Shown: in pieces, positions 1 through 13,059 of the stretch
Layout of the letters: every line of letters begins with the position of its first letter
How positions within the stretch are numbered: position 1 is the stretch's first letter
NCBI RefSeq assembly: GCF_009914755.1
Contig: NC_060947.1
Reading direction: 5' to 3' (one strand)
DNA from: the human T2T-CHM13v2.0 reference genome, Homo sapiens
DNA: 64,000 bases
Translations under genes and position numbers: made by a program
The notes under the pieces: generated by a model
What the model was told of the DNA's origin: nothing
What the model saw: the letters and a program-made list of their open reading frames with translations, nothing else
Databases searched by the model: none

Positions 1-540
1 AGATTACTAATGGCCAGACTTCAGGAATAAAGATTTGGGTCACTTCACTAGATAAAGGACCACCACCAGCTAAGGTACTTCCTGAAGGCAAAGCGGGTAC
101 TAAATATATAGTAGAAGAAAGTAGTTACAAACACCAGCTAGGGCCATGTAACCAGTTACAGAAATGAAGACTAATTGTTATAAGAATTTATTTCCTAATG
201 TGTTAAGAATATGTCTGTGTATATATATATACACATATTATGTATTATCTTTGTTTTCACTCTTATCTATCATGTAATATAAGATTGACTGAATTTATAT
301 CAGTATATAAGTATTGTTAATTGTACATAATAGTATTCAAGTCATAGTGTATAAGGAGAAGAATAAACATCACCAAAAAAACTTTACCTTTTCTTCTGGG
401 AAAAGGACTAATGCATTTTACTTGCATGTAGAATAGGTGTATCATGTTAAGTGGAATTATTACCTTGTTATTGTGTTACTTGGAGATTAAGTATGGTTTA
501 AGGAGATGTATATGGGTGCCAAGTTGACGGTGAGTGGGCT
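1..540 (+). mobile_element. ERVL (HERV-L/MLT2) internal 3' end with degenerate pol C-terminus and PPT
   Basis: The first ~170 nt translate, with frameshifts, to an ERVL pol C-terminal motif (NGPD.SG.K.WV..AEVL.EGK...VEE..YK.QL). The segment ends in a purine-rich tract directly before an LTR that starts TGTGAT. Confidence 0.75.
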
Positions 541-1248
541 TGTGATAGTTAATTTTAGATGTCAACTTGACTGGACTGAGGAATACCTAATAACCTGATA
601 AAACATTATATTTAGGCGTGTCTTTGAGGGTGTTTCCAGAGATAAGCCTGTGAGTCTGAGAGGACTAGGTGGGGAAGATCCACCATCAATGTGGGAAGGC
701 ATCATCCAATGTGTTGGTGGGCCAGAGATAACTACAACAGAGAAAAGGTGAATATGTCAATCTATTTGCTGAAGCTGGGATACTGTTCCTTTCCAGGCTC
801 CCAGGCCTTTGGACTCCAGGACTTATTCCAGTGCCCCTCTGTGATCTCAGGCTTTCGGCCTTGGACTGAGAATTGCACCGTCAGTTTTCCTGGTTCTGAG
901 ATCTTCAGACTTGGACTGAGTTACACTACCAGCACCCCAGGGTCTCCAGCTTGCAAATGGCCTTTCATGAAACTTAGTATCCATAACCATGTGAGCCAAT
1001 TTTCCTAATAAATTATCTCTCAATTTTTATATATATATATATATTTGTGTGTGTATACATATATATGTACACATACACACATACACGTATCATGGATGAC
1101 ATGGCCCATAAATAAGGTCAATGGAAAATTACAACAACCCAATAAAGACAAGACTATGAATGGTCCAGACTCTTCAGGAAGGAATAATACAAGAGACAGA
1201 ATGAATATTCGATTAGTTCTGTGTCTCTGGAGAACCTTGAATAATATA
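541..1248 (+). mobile_element. MLT2-family LTR (3' LTR of the ERVL element)
   Basis: Starts tgtgatagttaattttagatgtcaacttgactgg and ends gttctgtgtctctggagaaccttgaataatata, matching MLT2 termini. Contains the usual (TA)n tract near the 3' end. Confidence 0.8.
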
Positions 1249-1259
1249 AGAATATTTTT

Positions 1260-2364
1260 CTTCTAGAGATGAGTAAGGGCTGCTGGCATTCTCTTAGTAA
1301 TGACTGGTTATTCACAGAGGACATGATTGTGTACAGAGAAAATTCAAAGAGATCTATAAAAACTACTAGATCTAACAGGCAAATTTAGCAAGGTCCCAGA
1401 ATACAGTTAACATACAAAAAATCATTTATGTTTCTATAAACTAAAAAACAAATTGGAGAAAGAAATGATAAAAGACAATACCATACAGTTTGGCAGTAAC
1501 TAATAAATTTTAAAATACATTTACCATATAAGCCAGCAGTCTCATTTTAGGTCATTACCCAAGTGAATTGAAAGCATACATTCACATAAAAACCTGTACA
1601 TGAATGATTATAGTAGTTTTATTTATAATTGCCAAAAACTCGACAAATTCCAGATGTTTTTCAAGAGATGAATAGATAAGCAAAATTTAGTATATATGTA
1701 TGATGGGCTAATATTTAGATTGACTCATACAACGTGATAAATCTTAAATGCTTTTGCTATAAAGCTAAATAAAAAGGCTAAACACTGTATGATTTCATTC
1801 AAATGACATTCTGAAAAAGACAAACCTATAGTGAAAAAGGAAACAGACCATTGGTAGACAAGGATTGGGCAGGGGTGTCTGAATGTCGAGGAGACAAATG
1901 TCAAGGAGAATTATTAGGATGATGGAACTCTACTATATCATATTGTGGTAGAAGATATATAAATCTATTCATCAAAACCCCTAGAACTGAACACAGCAGA
2001 AAGCAAAAATTGTAGGTTAAAAACAAATAAACAAAAGCAATCAGGATTTTGAAGGATCTTAGAATGACACACAGACTGTAATAAGTGAATCTAAATGTAC
2101 TACAAATGTATAACTTTACCACATTTAAGGGAGAATAAGGAAGCTGGCCTAAATACTTTTTAAAGACTTGTTTTACCGATACTGTAAAGCTGAAGATAAA
2201 AGAATTATACACAAATGCTGTACTCTCTCACTGGTTAAATTTATTTTTCAGAAGGGTAAGTTTTACCAATTTTGAAAAAGTTAACATACATACAAATATG
2301 CAAGTAAATATGTTATAGTTAATGATAACCAGATTTCTTAATGTCAGAAAAAGAAGTTACACAT
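1260..2364 (+). mobile_element. Ancient L1M (L1MC/ME-like) fragments
   Basis: Degenerate L1 ORF2 and 3' UTR motifs (aaactactaga..tttagcaagg; aaaacctgtacatgaatg; gatggaactctactatatc). Confidence 0.6.
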
Positions 2365-2739
2365 TGATGCGATTTGGCTGTGTCCCCACCCAAATCTCAT
2401 TTTGAATTGTAGTTGCCACAATCCCCTCATGTCATGGGAGGCACCAGGTGGAGATAATTGAATCATGGATGCAGTTTCCCCAATCCTGTTCTCATGAAAA
2501 TGAGTTAGTTCTCATGAGATCTGATGGTTTTATAATGGGCATTCCCTTTCACTAGGCAGTCATTCTTCTCCTTCTTGCCGCCATGTGAAGAAGGACATCT
2601 TTGCTTCCCCTTCCATCATGACTGTAAGTTTCCTGACCCTGCCTCAGCCCTGTGGAACTTGAGTCAATTAAACCTCTTTCCTTTATAAATTACCAGTATC
2701 GAATTTGTCTTTATAGCAGTGTGAGAACTGACTAATACA
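2365..2739 (+). mobile_element. THE1/MST (MaLR) solo LTR
   Basis: TGAT..tttggctgtgtccccacccaaatctcat start and gactaataCA end. Perfect 5-bp TSD cacat at 2360-2364 and 2740-2744. Confidence 0.9.
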
Positions 2740-2864
2740 CACATAGGCAAGAGAGAAATGTTAGAATACAACAGGTAGTGTTGAATTAGAGTTGGAAACA
2801 TTAGTTTGAACTCATGACTATTTTAGTATACCAAAATAAACACAAAACTAAATATAAAGATGGG

Positions 2865-3374
2865 CGTTATTGAAGGCTCAATAAAGCTCCCTCCTCAAAA
2901 AGATGTCCATGTCCTAATCCAGCTCCCTCCTCAAAAAGATGTCCATGTCCTAATCCAGCTCCCTCCTCAAAAAGATGTCCATGTCCTAATCCAAGGACCT
3001 TGTGAAAAGGTTATCTTAGATGGCTAAAAGAATGTGATTAAGGATGTTGAGATGGAGAAATCATCCTGGATTAACCACTTGAGTCCAACGTAATCTCAAG
3101 GGCCCTTATAAGAGGGAGGCATGTGGGTCATAATTCCAGGAGGCGATGTGAAGAGAGAAGCAAAGATCAGAGAGATGCAGGGCATACTATGAGCTCAGAA
3201 ATGTGTGCAGACTCTAGCTGCTGGAAAAGGCAAGGAAAAGGATGCTTTCATAGCGTCTCCAAAAGGAACTCACACTATTTTGCATTTCTGACCTCCAAAC
3301 ATGTAAGATAACAAATTTTCATTGATTTAAGGCACAAAGTTTGTGCTGATACAGCAACAATAGGAAACTAATAT
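2865..3374 (+). mobile_element. MLT1 (MaLR) solo LTR
   Basis: aaagatgtccatgtcctaatcc, gtgattaaggat..gagatgg and agcaacaataggaaactaatata are MLT1 motifs. Confidence 0.75.
2885..2992. repeat. Perfect 3 x 36-bp tandem repeat inside MLT1
   Basis: agctccctcctcaaaaagatgtccatgtcctaatcc at 2885, 2921 and 2957, with no spacers. Confidence 0.95.
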
Positions 3375-3392
3375 AGATGTATACATGGATTA

Positions 3393-3785
<393 letters not shown>

Positions 3786-5345
3786 CTAACAACCAGATCA
3801 GGCTTCTAGATACCACTTTATAATAAAATGACCCAGGATGACTTGACAAAATTGTTGATTCTAGGGATAGGGCAAGGAAATTACAAGATGGTCCTGAAGC
3901 CTCTGTCATGCCACATAATAAGGAAGTACTAGAAAAGAAAGATTACAGAAAGAGTAAAGAAAAGAATTAAAGACTATAAAGATGCAGTTACCAAGGCAGC
4001 TGGCAAGATGGCCGAATAAGAACATCTCCAGTCTGCAGGTCTCAGCCAGATCAGTGCAGAAGGCAGGTGATTTCTGCATTTCCAACTGAGTACATGACTC
4101 ATCTCATTGGGACTGGTTAGACAGTGGGTGCAGCCCACGGAGGGCGAGCCGAGGCAGGGTGGTGCAATGCCTCACCCAGGAAGTGCAAGGGGTCAGGGAA
4201 CTCCCTCCCCTGGCCAAAGGAAATCATGAGGCACCGTGCCATGAGGAGTGGTGCATTCTGGTCCAGATACTACACTTTTCCCACGGCCTTCGCAACCTGA
4301 AGACCAGGAGATTCCCTCGGATGCCTACACCACCAGGGCCCTGGGTTTCAAGCACAAAACTGGGCAGCTGTTTGGGCAGATACCAAGCTAGCTGCAGGAG
4401 TTATTTTTCATACCCCAGTGGTGCCTGGAACGCCAGTGAGACAGAACCGTTCACTCTCCTGGAAAGGGGACTGAAGACAGGGAACCAAGTGGTCTAGCTC
4501 AGTGGATCCAAACCTCCACGAAGCCCAGCAAGCTAGGACGCACTGGTTTGAAATTCTCGCTGCCAGCACAGCAGTCTGAAGTCAACCTGGGACTCTAGAA
4601 CTTGGTGGGGGGAGGGGCGTCCACCATTACTGAGGCTTGCGTAGGCAGTTTTTCCCTCTCACTGTAAACAAAGCCTCCAGGAAGTTTGAACTGGGCAGAG
4701 CCCACCATAGCTCAGCAAAGCCACTGCGGCCAGACTGCCTCTCTAGATTCCTCCTCTCTGGGCAGGGCATCTCTGAAAAAAAGGCAGGAGCCACAGTCAG
4801 GGGCTTCTAGACAAAACTCCCATCTCCCTGGGACAGAGCACCTGGGGGAAGGGGCGGCTGTGTGTGCAGCTTCAGCAGAAATAAACATTCCTGCCTGCTG
4901 GCTCTGAAGAGAGCAGATCTCCCACCACAGCGCTCGAGCTCTGCTAAGGGACACACTGCCTCTGCAAGTGGGTCCCTGACCCCTGTGCCTCCAGACTGGG
5001 AGACACCTTGCAGCAGGGGTCGACAGACACCTCAAACAAGAGAGCTCCAACTGGCATCTGGCGGGTGCCCCACTGGAAGGAAGCTTCCAGAGGAAGGAAC
5101 AGGCAGCAATCTTTGCTGTTATGCAGCCTCCACTGGTGATACCCAGGCACACAGGATCTGCAGCGGACCCGGAGAATACTCCATCAGACCTGCAGAAGAG
5201 GGGTCTGACTGTTAGAAGAAAAACTAACAAACAGAAAGGAATAGCAATAACATCAAGAAAAAGAACGTCCACATACAAAAAAAAAAAAAAAAAAACAACT
5301 GAAGGTCACCAAAATCAAAGACCACAGGTAGATAAATTCACAAAG

Positions 5346-6368
5346 ATGAGGAAAACCAGCGAAAAAAAGGCTGAAACTACCAAACACCAGAATGCCTCTT
5401 CTCCTCCAAAGGATCACAACTCCTTGCTAGCAAGACAACAAAACTGAACAGGGAATGAGTTTGACAAATTGACAGAATTTAGGCTTCAGAAGGTGGGTAA
5501 TAACAAACTCCTCCAAGCTAAAGGAGCATGTTTTAACCCAATGCAAGGAAGCTAAGAACCTTGAAAAAAGGTTAGAGGAGTTGCTAACTAGAATAACCAG
5601 TTTAAAGAAGAACATAAATGACCTGATGGAGCTGAAAAACACAGCACAATAACTTCTTTCATACACAAGTATCAATAGCCAAATCAATCAAGTGGAAGAA
5701 AGGACATCAGAGATTGAAGATCAGCTTAATACAATAAAGCATGAAGACAAGATTAGAGAAAAACGAATGAAAAGGAACGAACAGAGCCTCCAAGAAATAT
5801 GGGACTATATGAACAGACCAAACCTACATTCGATAGGTGTACATGAAAGTGATAGGGAGATTGGAACCAAATTGGAAAACACTCTTCAGAATATTATCCA
5901 GGAGAACTTCCCCAAACTAGCAAGACAGGCCAACATTCAAATTCAGAAAATACAGAGACCACCACAAAGATATACCATGAGAAGAGTAACCCCAAGCCAC
6001 ATAATTGTCAGATTCACCAAGGTTGAAGTGAAGGAAAAAATGTTAAGGGCAGCCAAAGAGAAAAGTCAGATTACCCACAAAGAGAAGCCCATCAGACTAA
6101 CAGCGGATATCTCTGCAGAAATCCTACAAGTCAGAAGAGAGTGGGGGCCAATATTCAACATTCTTAAAGAAAATAATGTTCAACCCAGAATTTCATATCC
6201 AGCCTAACTAAGCTTCATAAGCGAAAAAGAAATAAAATCCTTTCCAGACAAGCAAATGCTGAGAGATTTTGTCATCACCAGGCCTGCCTTACAAGAGCTC
6301 CTGAAGGAAGCACTAGATATGAAAGGATAAACCAGTACCAGCCACTGCAAAAACACACCAAATTGTAA
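5346..6368 (+). pseudogene. L1 ORF1 (disrupted)
   Basis: The ORF 5692-6207 peptide EKRMKRNEQSLQEIWDY..RPNL..IIVRFTKV..RREWGPIF is ORF1p. Premature stops are present. Confidence 0.9.
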
Positions 6369-6431
6369 AGACCATCTACACTATGAAGAAACTGCAACAA
6401 CTAACGGGCAAAATTACCAGCTAGCATCATA

Positions 6432-9400
6432 ATGACAGGATCAAATTCACACATAACAATATTAACTTAAATGTAAACTGGCCAATTAAAAGACACAGGC
6501 TGGCAAATTGGATAAAGGGTCAAGACCCATTGGTGTGCTGTATTCAGTAGACCCATCTCACATGCAAAGACGCACATAGGCTCAACATAAAGGAATGGAG
6601 GAATATTTCCCAAGAAAATGGAAAGCAAAAAAAAGCAGGGGTTGCAATGATAGTCTCTGATAAAACAGACTTTAAACCAATAAAATTCAAAAAGACAAAG
6701 AATGGCAACACATAATGGTAAAGGGATCAATGCAACAAGAAGAGCAAACTATCCTAAATATATATGCACCCAATACGGGAGCACCCAGATTCATAAAGCA
6801 ACCTTGAAAAAGGTTAGAGGAATTGCTAACTAGAATAACCAGTTTAAAGAAGAACATAAATGACCTGATGGAGCTGAAAAACACAGCACGAGAACTTCGT
6901 TCATACACAAATATCAATAGCCAGAATAATAAAGAAGAAAAGAGAGAAGAATCAAATAGACACAATAAAAAAATAATAAAGGGGATATCATCACTGATCC
7001 CACAGAAATACAAACTACCATCAGAGAATACTATAAACTTAGAGACTGAGACTCCCACACAGTAATAGTGGGAGGCTTTAACACCCCACTGTCAACATTA
7101 GATCAAAGAGACAAAAGGTTAATAAGGATATTCAGGACTTGAACTCAGCTCTGGACCAGGTGGACCTAATAGACATCTACAGAACTCTATGCCCCAAATC
7201 AAGAGAATACACATTCTTCTCAGAAACGTATCACACTTATTCTAAAATTGACCACACCATTGGAACTAAAACATTCCTCACCACACACAAAAGAACAGAA
7301 ATCATAACAGTCTCTCAGACCACAGTACAATCAAATTAGAACTCAGGATTAAGAAACTCACACAAAACCACACAACTACATGGAAACTGAACAATCTGCT
7401 CCTGAATGATTACTGGGTAAAATACAAAATTAAAGCACAAATAAATAATTTCTTTGAAACCAATGAGAACAAGACACAACATACCAGAATCTCTGGGACA
7501 CAGCTAAAGCAGTGTTTACAGGGAAATTTACAGCACTAAATGCCCACAGGTGAAAGTCGGAAAGATTGAAAATCGACACTATAACATCACAATTAAAAAG
7601 GCTAGAGAAGTAAGAGCAAACAAATTCAAAAGCTAGCAGAAAACAAGAAATAACTAATATCAGACCGGAACTGAAAGAGATAGAGATACGAAAACCCCTT
7701 CAAAAAATCAATGAATCCAAGAGCTGGTGTTTTGAAAAGATTATCAAAAAAGATAGACTGCTAGCCAGACTAATAAAGAAGAAAAGAGAGAAGAATCAAA
7801 TAGACACCATAAAAAATAATAAAGGGGATATCATCACTGATCCCACAGAAATACAAGCTACCATCAGAGAATACTATAAACACCTCTATGCAAATAAACT
7901 AGAAAATCTAGAATAAATGGATAAATACCTGTACATATACACCCTGCCAAGAACAAACCAGGAAGAAGTCGAATCCCTGAACAGAAGAGTAACAATTTCT
8001 GAAACTGAGGCAGTAATCAATAGCCTACAAAAAAAAAAAAAAAAAAAAACCCAGGACCAGATGGATTCACAGCCAAATTCTACCAAAGAGGAGCTGGTAC
8101 CTTTACTTCTGAAACTATTCCAAACAATAGAGAAAGAGGGACTCCTCCTTAACTCATTTTATGAGGCTAGCATCATCCTGATACCGAAACCTGGAAGAGA
8201 CACAGCAAAAAAAGACAATTTCAGGCCAATATCTCTGATGAACATCAACGCGAAAATCCTCAATGAAATACTGGCAAACCGAATCCAGCAGCACATCAAA
8301 AAACTTATCCACCATGATCAAGTCGGCTTCATCCCTGGGATGCAAGGCTGGTTCAACATATGCAAATCAATAAACGTAATCCATCACATAAACAGAACCA
8401 ATGACAAAAAAACACACAATTATCTCAATAGATGCAGAAAAAACCTTCGATAAAATTCAACACTCCTTCATGCTAAAAACTCTCAATAAACTAGGTATTG
8501 ATGGAACGTATCTCAAAATAATAAGAGCTATTTATGACAAACCCATAGCCAATATCATACTGAATGAGCAAAAGCTAGAAGCATTCCCTTTGAAAACTGG
8601 CACAAGACAAGGATGCCCTCTCTCACCACTCCTATTCAACATAGTATTGGAAGTTCTGGTCAGAGCAATCAGGCAAGAGAAAGAAATAAAGGTCATTCAA
8701 TTAGGAAAAGAGGAAGTCAAATTGTCCCTGTTTGCAGATGACAGGACTGTATATTCAGAGAACACCAAATACACAACTTCAGCAAAGTCTCAGGATACAC
8801 AATAAATGTGCATTCCTATACACCAAAAATAGACAAACAGAGACCCAAATCATGAGTGAACTCCCATTCACAATTGCTACAAAGAGAATAAAATACCTAG
8901 GATTACAACTTTCAAGGGATTTGAAGGACCTTTTCAAGGAGAACTACAAACCACTGCTCAAGAAAATAAAAGAGAACACAAACAAATGGAAAAACTTTCC
9001 ATGATCATGGATACGAAGAATTAATATCATGAAAATGGCCATACTACCCAAAGTAATTTATACATTCAATGCTATTCCCATCAAGCTACCATTGACTTTC
9101 TTCACAAAATTAGAAAAAAAACTACTTTAAATTTCATATGGAATCAAAAAGGAGCCCATACAGCCAAGACAATACTAAGCAAAAAGAACAAAGCTGGAGG
9201 CATCATGTTACCTGACTTCAAACTATACTACAAGACTACAGTAACCAAAACAGCATGGTACTGGTACCGAAACAGATATATAGACCAATAGAACAGAACA
9301 GAACAGAACAGAGGTCTCAGAAATAACACCACACATCTACAACAATCTGATCTTTGACAAACCTGACAAAAACAAGCAGTGGGGAAAGGATTCCCTATTC

Positions 9401-10320
9401 AATAAATGGTGTTTGGAAAACTGGCTAGCCATATGCAGAAAACTGAAGCTGGGCCCCTTCCTTATACCTTATACAAAAATTAACAAAAGATGGATTAAAG
9501 GCTAAACGTAAAACCTTAAACCATAAAAACCCTAGAAGAAAACCTAGGCAATACCATTCAGGACATAGGCATGGTCAAAGGCTTCATTACTAAAACACCA
9601 AAAGCAATGGCAACAAAAGCCAAAATTGACAAATGGGATCTGACTGAACTAATGAGCTTCTGCACAGCAAAAGAAACTATCATCAAGAGTGAACCAGCAA
9701 CCTACAGAATGGGAGAAAAGTTTTGAAATCTATCCATCTGACAAATGGCTTATATCCAGAATCTACAAGGAACTTAAACAAATTTACAAGAAAAAAACAA
9801 ATAACCCCATCAAAAAGTGGGCAAAGGATATGAACAGTCACTTCTCAAAAGAAGACATTTATGCAGCCAACAAATGTATGAAGAAAAGTTCATCATCACT
9901 GGTCATTAGAGAAATGCAAATCAAAACCACAATGAGAGACCATCTCATGCCAGTTAGAATGGCGATCATTAAAAAGTCAGGAAACAACAGATGCTGGAGA
10001 GGATGTGGAGAAATAGGTACGCTTTTACACGGTAGGTGGGAGTGTAAACTAGTTCAAACATTGCGGAAGACAGTGTGGCGATTCCTCAAGGATCCAGAAC
10101 CAGCAATACCACTTGACCCAGTAATGCCATTACTGTTTATATACCCAAAGGATTATAAATCATTCTATTATAAAGACACATGCACACGTTATGTTTATTG
10201 CAGCACGATTCACAACAGCAAAGGCTTGGAACCAACCCAAATGCCCATCAATGATAGCCTGGATAAAGGAAATGTGGCAAATATACACCATGGAATACTA
10301 TGCAGCCATACAAAAATGAT
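6432..10320 (+). pseudogene. L1 ORF2 (endonuclease/RT, disrupted)
   Basis: Fragments [27 protein letters not shown] and [13 protein letters not shown] in shifting frames. Confidence 0.9.
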
Positions 10321-10822
10321 GAGTTCACGTCCTTTGCAGGGACATGGATGAAGCTGGAAACCATCGTACTCAGCAAACTAACACAGGAACAGAAAACCAA
10401 ACACCGCATGTTCTCACTCATAAGTGGCAGCTGAACAATGAGAATACATGGACACAGGGAGGAGATGATCACACACCAGGGCCTGTTGGGGGGTGTGGGG
10501 CTAGGGCATGGATAGCATTAGGAGAAATACCTAATGTAGATGATGGGTTGATGGGTGCAGCAAACCACCATGGCACGTATATACCTGTGTAACAGACCTG
10601 CACTTTCTGCACATGTATCCCAGAACGTAAAGTACGAAAAAAAAAAAAAAGATGCAATAACCTATTTAGGAGCATGAGAGAGGCTGCTAATATGAAAATC
10701 TCTATTTTCTTAGTGCTAATGTCCGAAAATGCCAAATTGTACAAACAGTTATAGTTTACTTCACCACACATATTTGCACATTAATATTTTTCTAACATTG
10801 ACTTCCATAAAAATTGAAACTG

Positions 10823-11115
<293 letters not shown>

Positions 11116-11484
11116 TAAAACATTTTTAATTATTAAAAACCATATGTATTTTTTAAAGTACATTTTACTTCATGTCATTTGTATTTATATTCACCCCAAA
11201 CTGTAAGCACAGAACATCTACAGTTCTTCATGAAATATCTTTTAACTCTGTTAAAGAATGATGTTTGAGTAAGTGGGATGACGTAAAAGGCAAAGATCTT
11301 GTTTTCACTTCACTGAAAAGCTAATGCAGATAACAGAAACCCTATCCTAAAGCTAGTGGATTAAATTTCTACTGTTATTCAGCACTTACTATTCAGACAA
11401 TAATGACATTTGGGGGCATCTTAATCTAAACAAGTACTTAGCATTACATCTCACCTGGGTCAACAGTCAAGGGTATCAGAGTTA

Positions 11485-12165
<681 letters not shown>

Positions 12166-12209
12166 AAAATAAATACAAATAATATTGTGGTTTTAATTTA
12201 CATTTCTCT

Positions 12210-12520
12210 AGTGGATGGAACTGGAGGCCATTATCTTTAGCAAACCAACGCAGGAAAAGAAACAAAATACTCCATGTTCTCACTTATAAGTGGAAGCTAA
12301 ATAATGAGAACACATGGACAGAAAGAGAGGAACAACAGACACTGGAGCCTACTTGAGGGAGGAGGCTGAGATGAGGAAGAGGTTCAGAAGAAAAAAATGT
12401 TGAGGCTATGCTTAGTACCTGAGTGACAAAATAATGTGTACATCAAACCTCCAAATTATGAGTTTCCCTATATAAAAAACCTGCACATGTACTCCTGAAT
12501 CTAAAATAAAACTTAAAATA
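12210..12520 (+). mobile_element. 5'-truncated old L1PA/L1PB 3' end
   Basis: tggatggaactggaggccatt..atgttctcacttataagtgg..acctgcacatgtactcctgaatctaaaataaaa. Confidence 0.8.
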
Positions 12521-12676
12521 TGTAAAATACTGCTACTAATGGATTACTTCTTAAATAATAAGTATCCATAAGTCTATACTGATATAAACACATAATTGAA
12601 TGAATAAACGAATGAATGAGAGAAGAGATTAGCTATTCCTTACAGAAGAGCTTCAGTTAATAAAGAAATAGGAAAA

Positions 12677-12972
12677 TTTTTTTTTTTTTTTTGAGACACA
12701 GTCTCACTCTGTCACCCAGGCTGGGTGCAGTGGCGCAATCTCGGCTCACTGCAAGCTCCGCCTCCGGGTTCACGCCATTCTCCTGCCTCAACCTCCCGAG
12801 TAGCTGGGACTATAGGCACCCGCCACCACACCCCGCTAATTTTTTTTTTACTTTTAGTAGAGACAGGGTTTCACCGCGTTAGCCAGGATGGTCGTGATCT
12901 CCTGACCTCGTGATCCACCCACCTTGGCCTCCCAGAGTGCTGGGATTACAGGCCTGAGCCACCGCATCCAGC
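12677..12972 (-). mobile_element. AluY
   Basis: Reverse Alu with gcaagctccgcctcc and ttcacgccattctcc (Y-diagnostic motifs) and poly-T. Confidence 0.9.
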
Positions 12973-13059
12973 TGCCAGGAAATTCTTTTATAGAAAATTA
13001 ATCATTACAACACCAAAGTAGTGATTGTTGTAGGCAAGATCTTTAGATGAATACTAAAT

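Larger units (their letters stand above)
3993..10650 (+). mobile_element. Full-length inactive L1PA (older, about L1PA7/8-like)
   Basis: 5' UTR caagatggccgaata, ORF1 from ~5346, ORF2 from ~6432 (EN, RT and C-terminal pieces in the ORF track), 3' UTR and A-tail. Many stops and frameshifts. Candidate TSD aaagatgca(gt/at)(t/a)acc. Confidence 0.95.

Noticed and set aside
2885-2992. 36-bp repeats resembling CRISPR repeat length
   Set aside because: Head-to-tail with no spacers, no cas genes, and located in primate LTR DNA.
4712-5278. 188-aa antisense ORF in the L1 5' UTR
   Set aside because: Commonly open by chance in L1PA 5' UTRs, and it is not ORF0.
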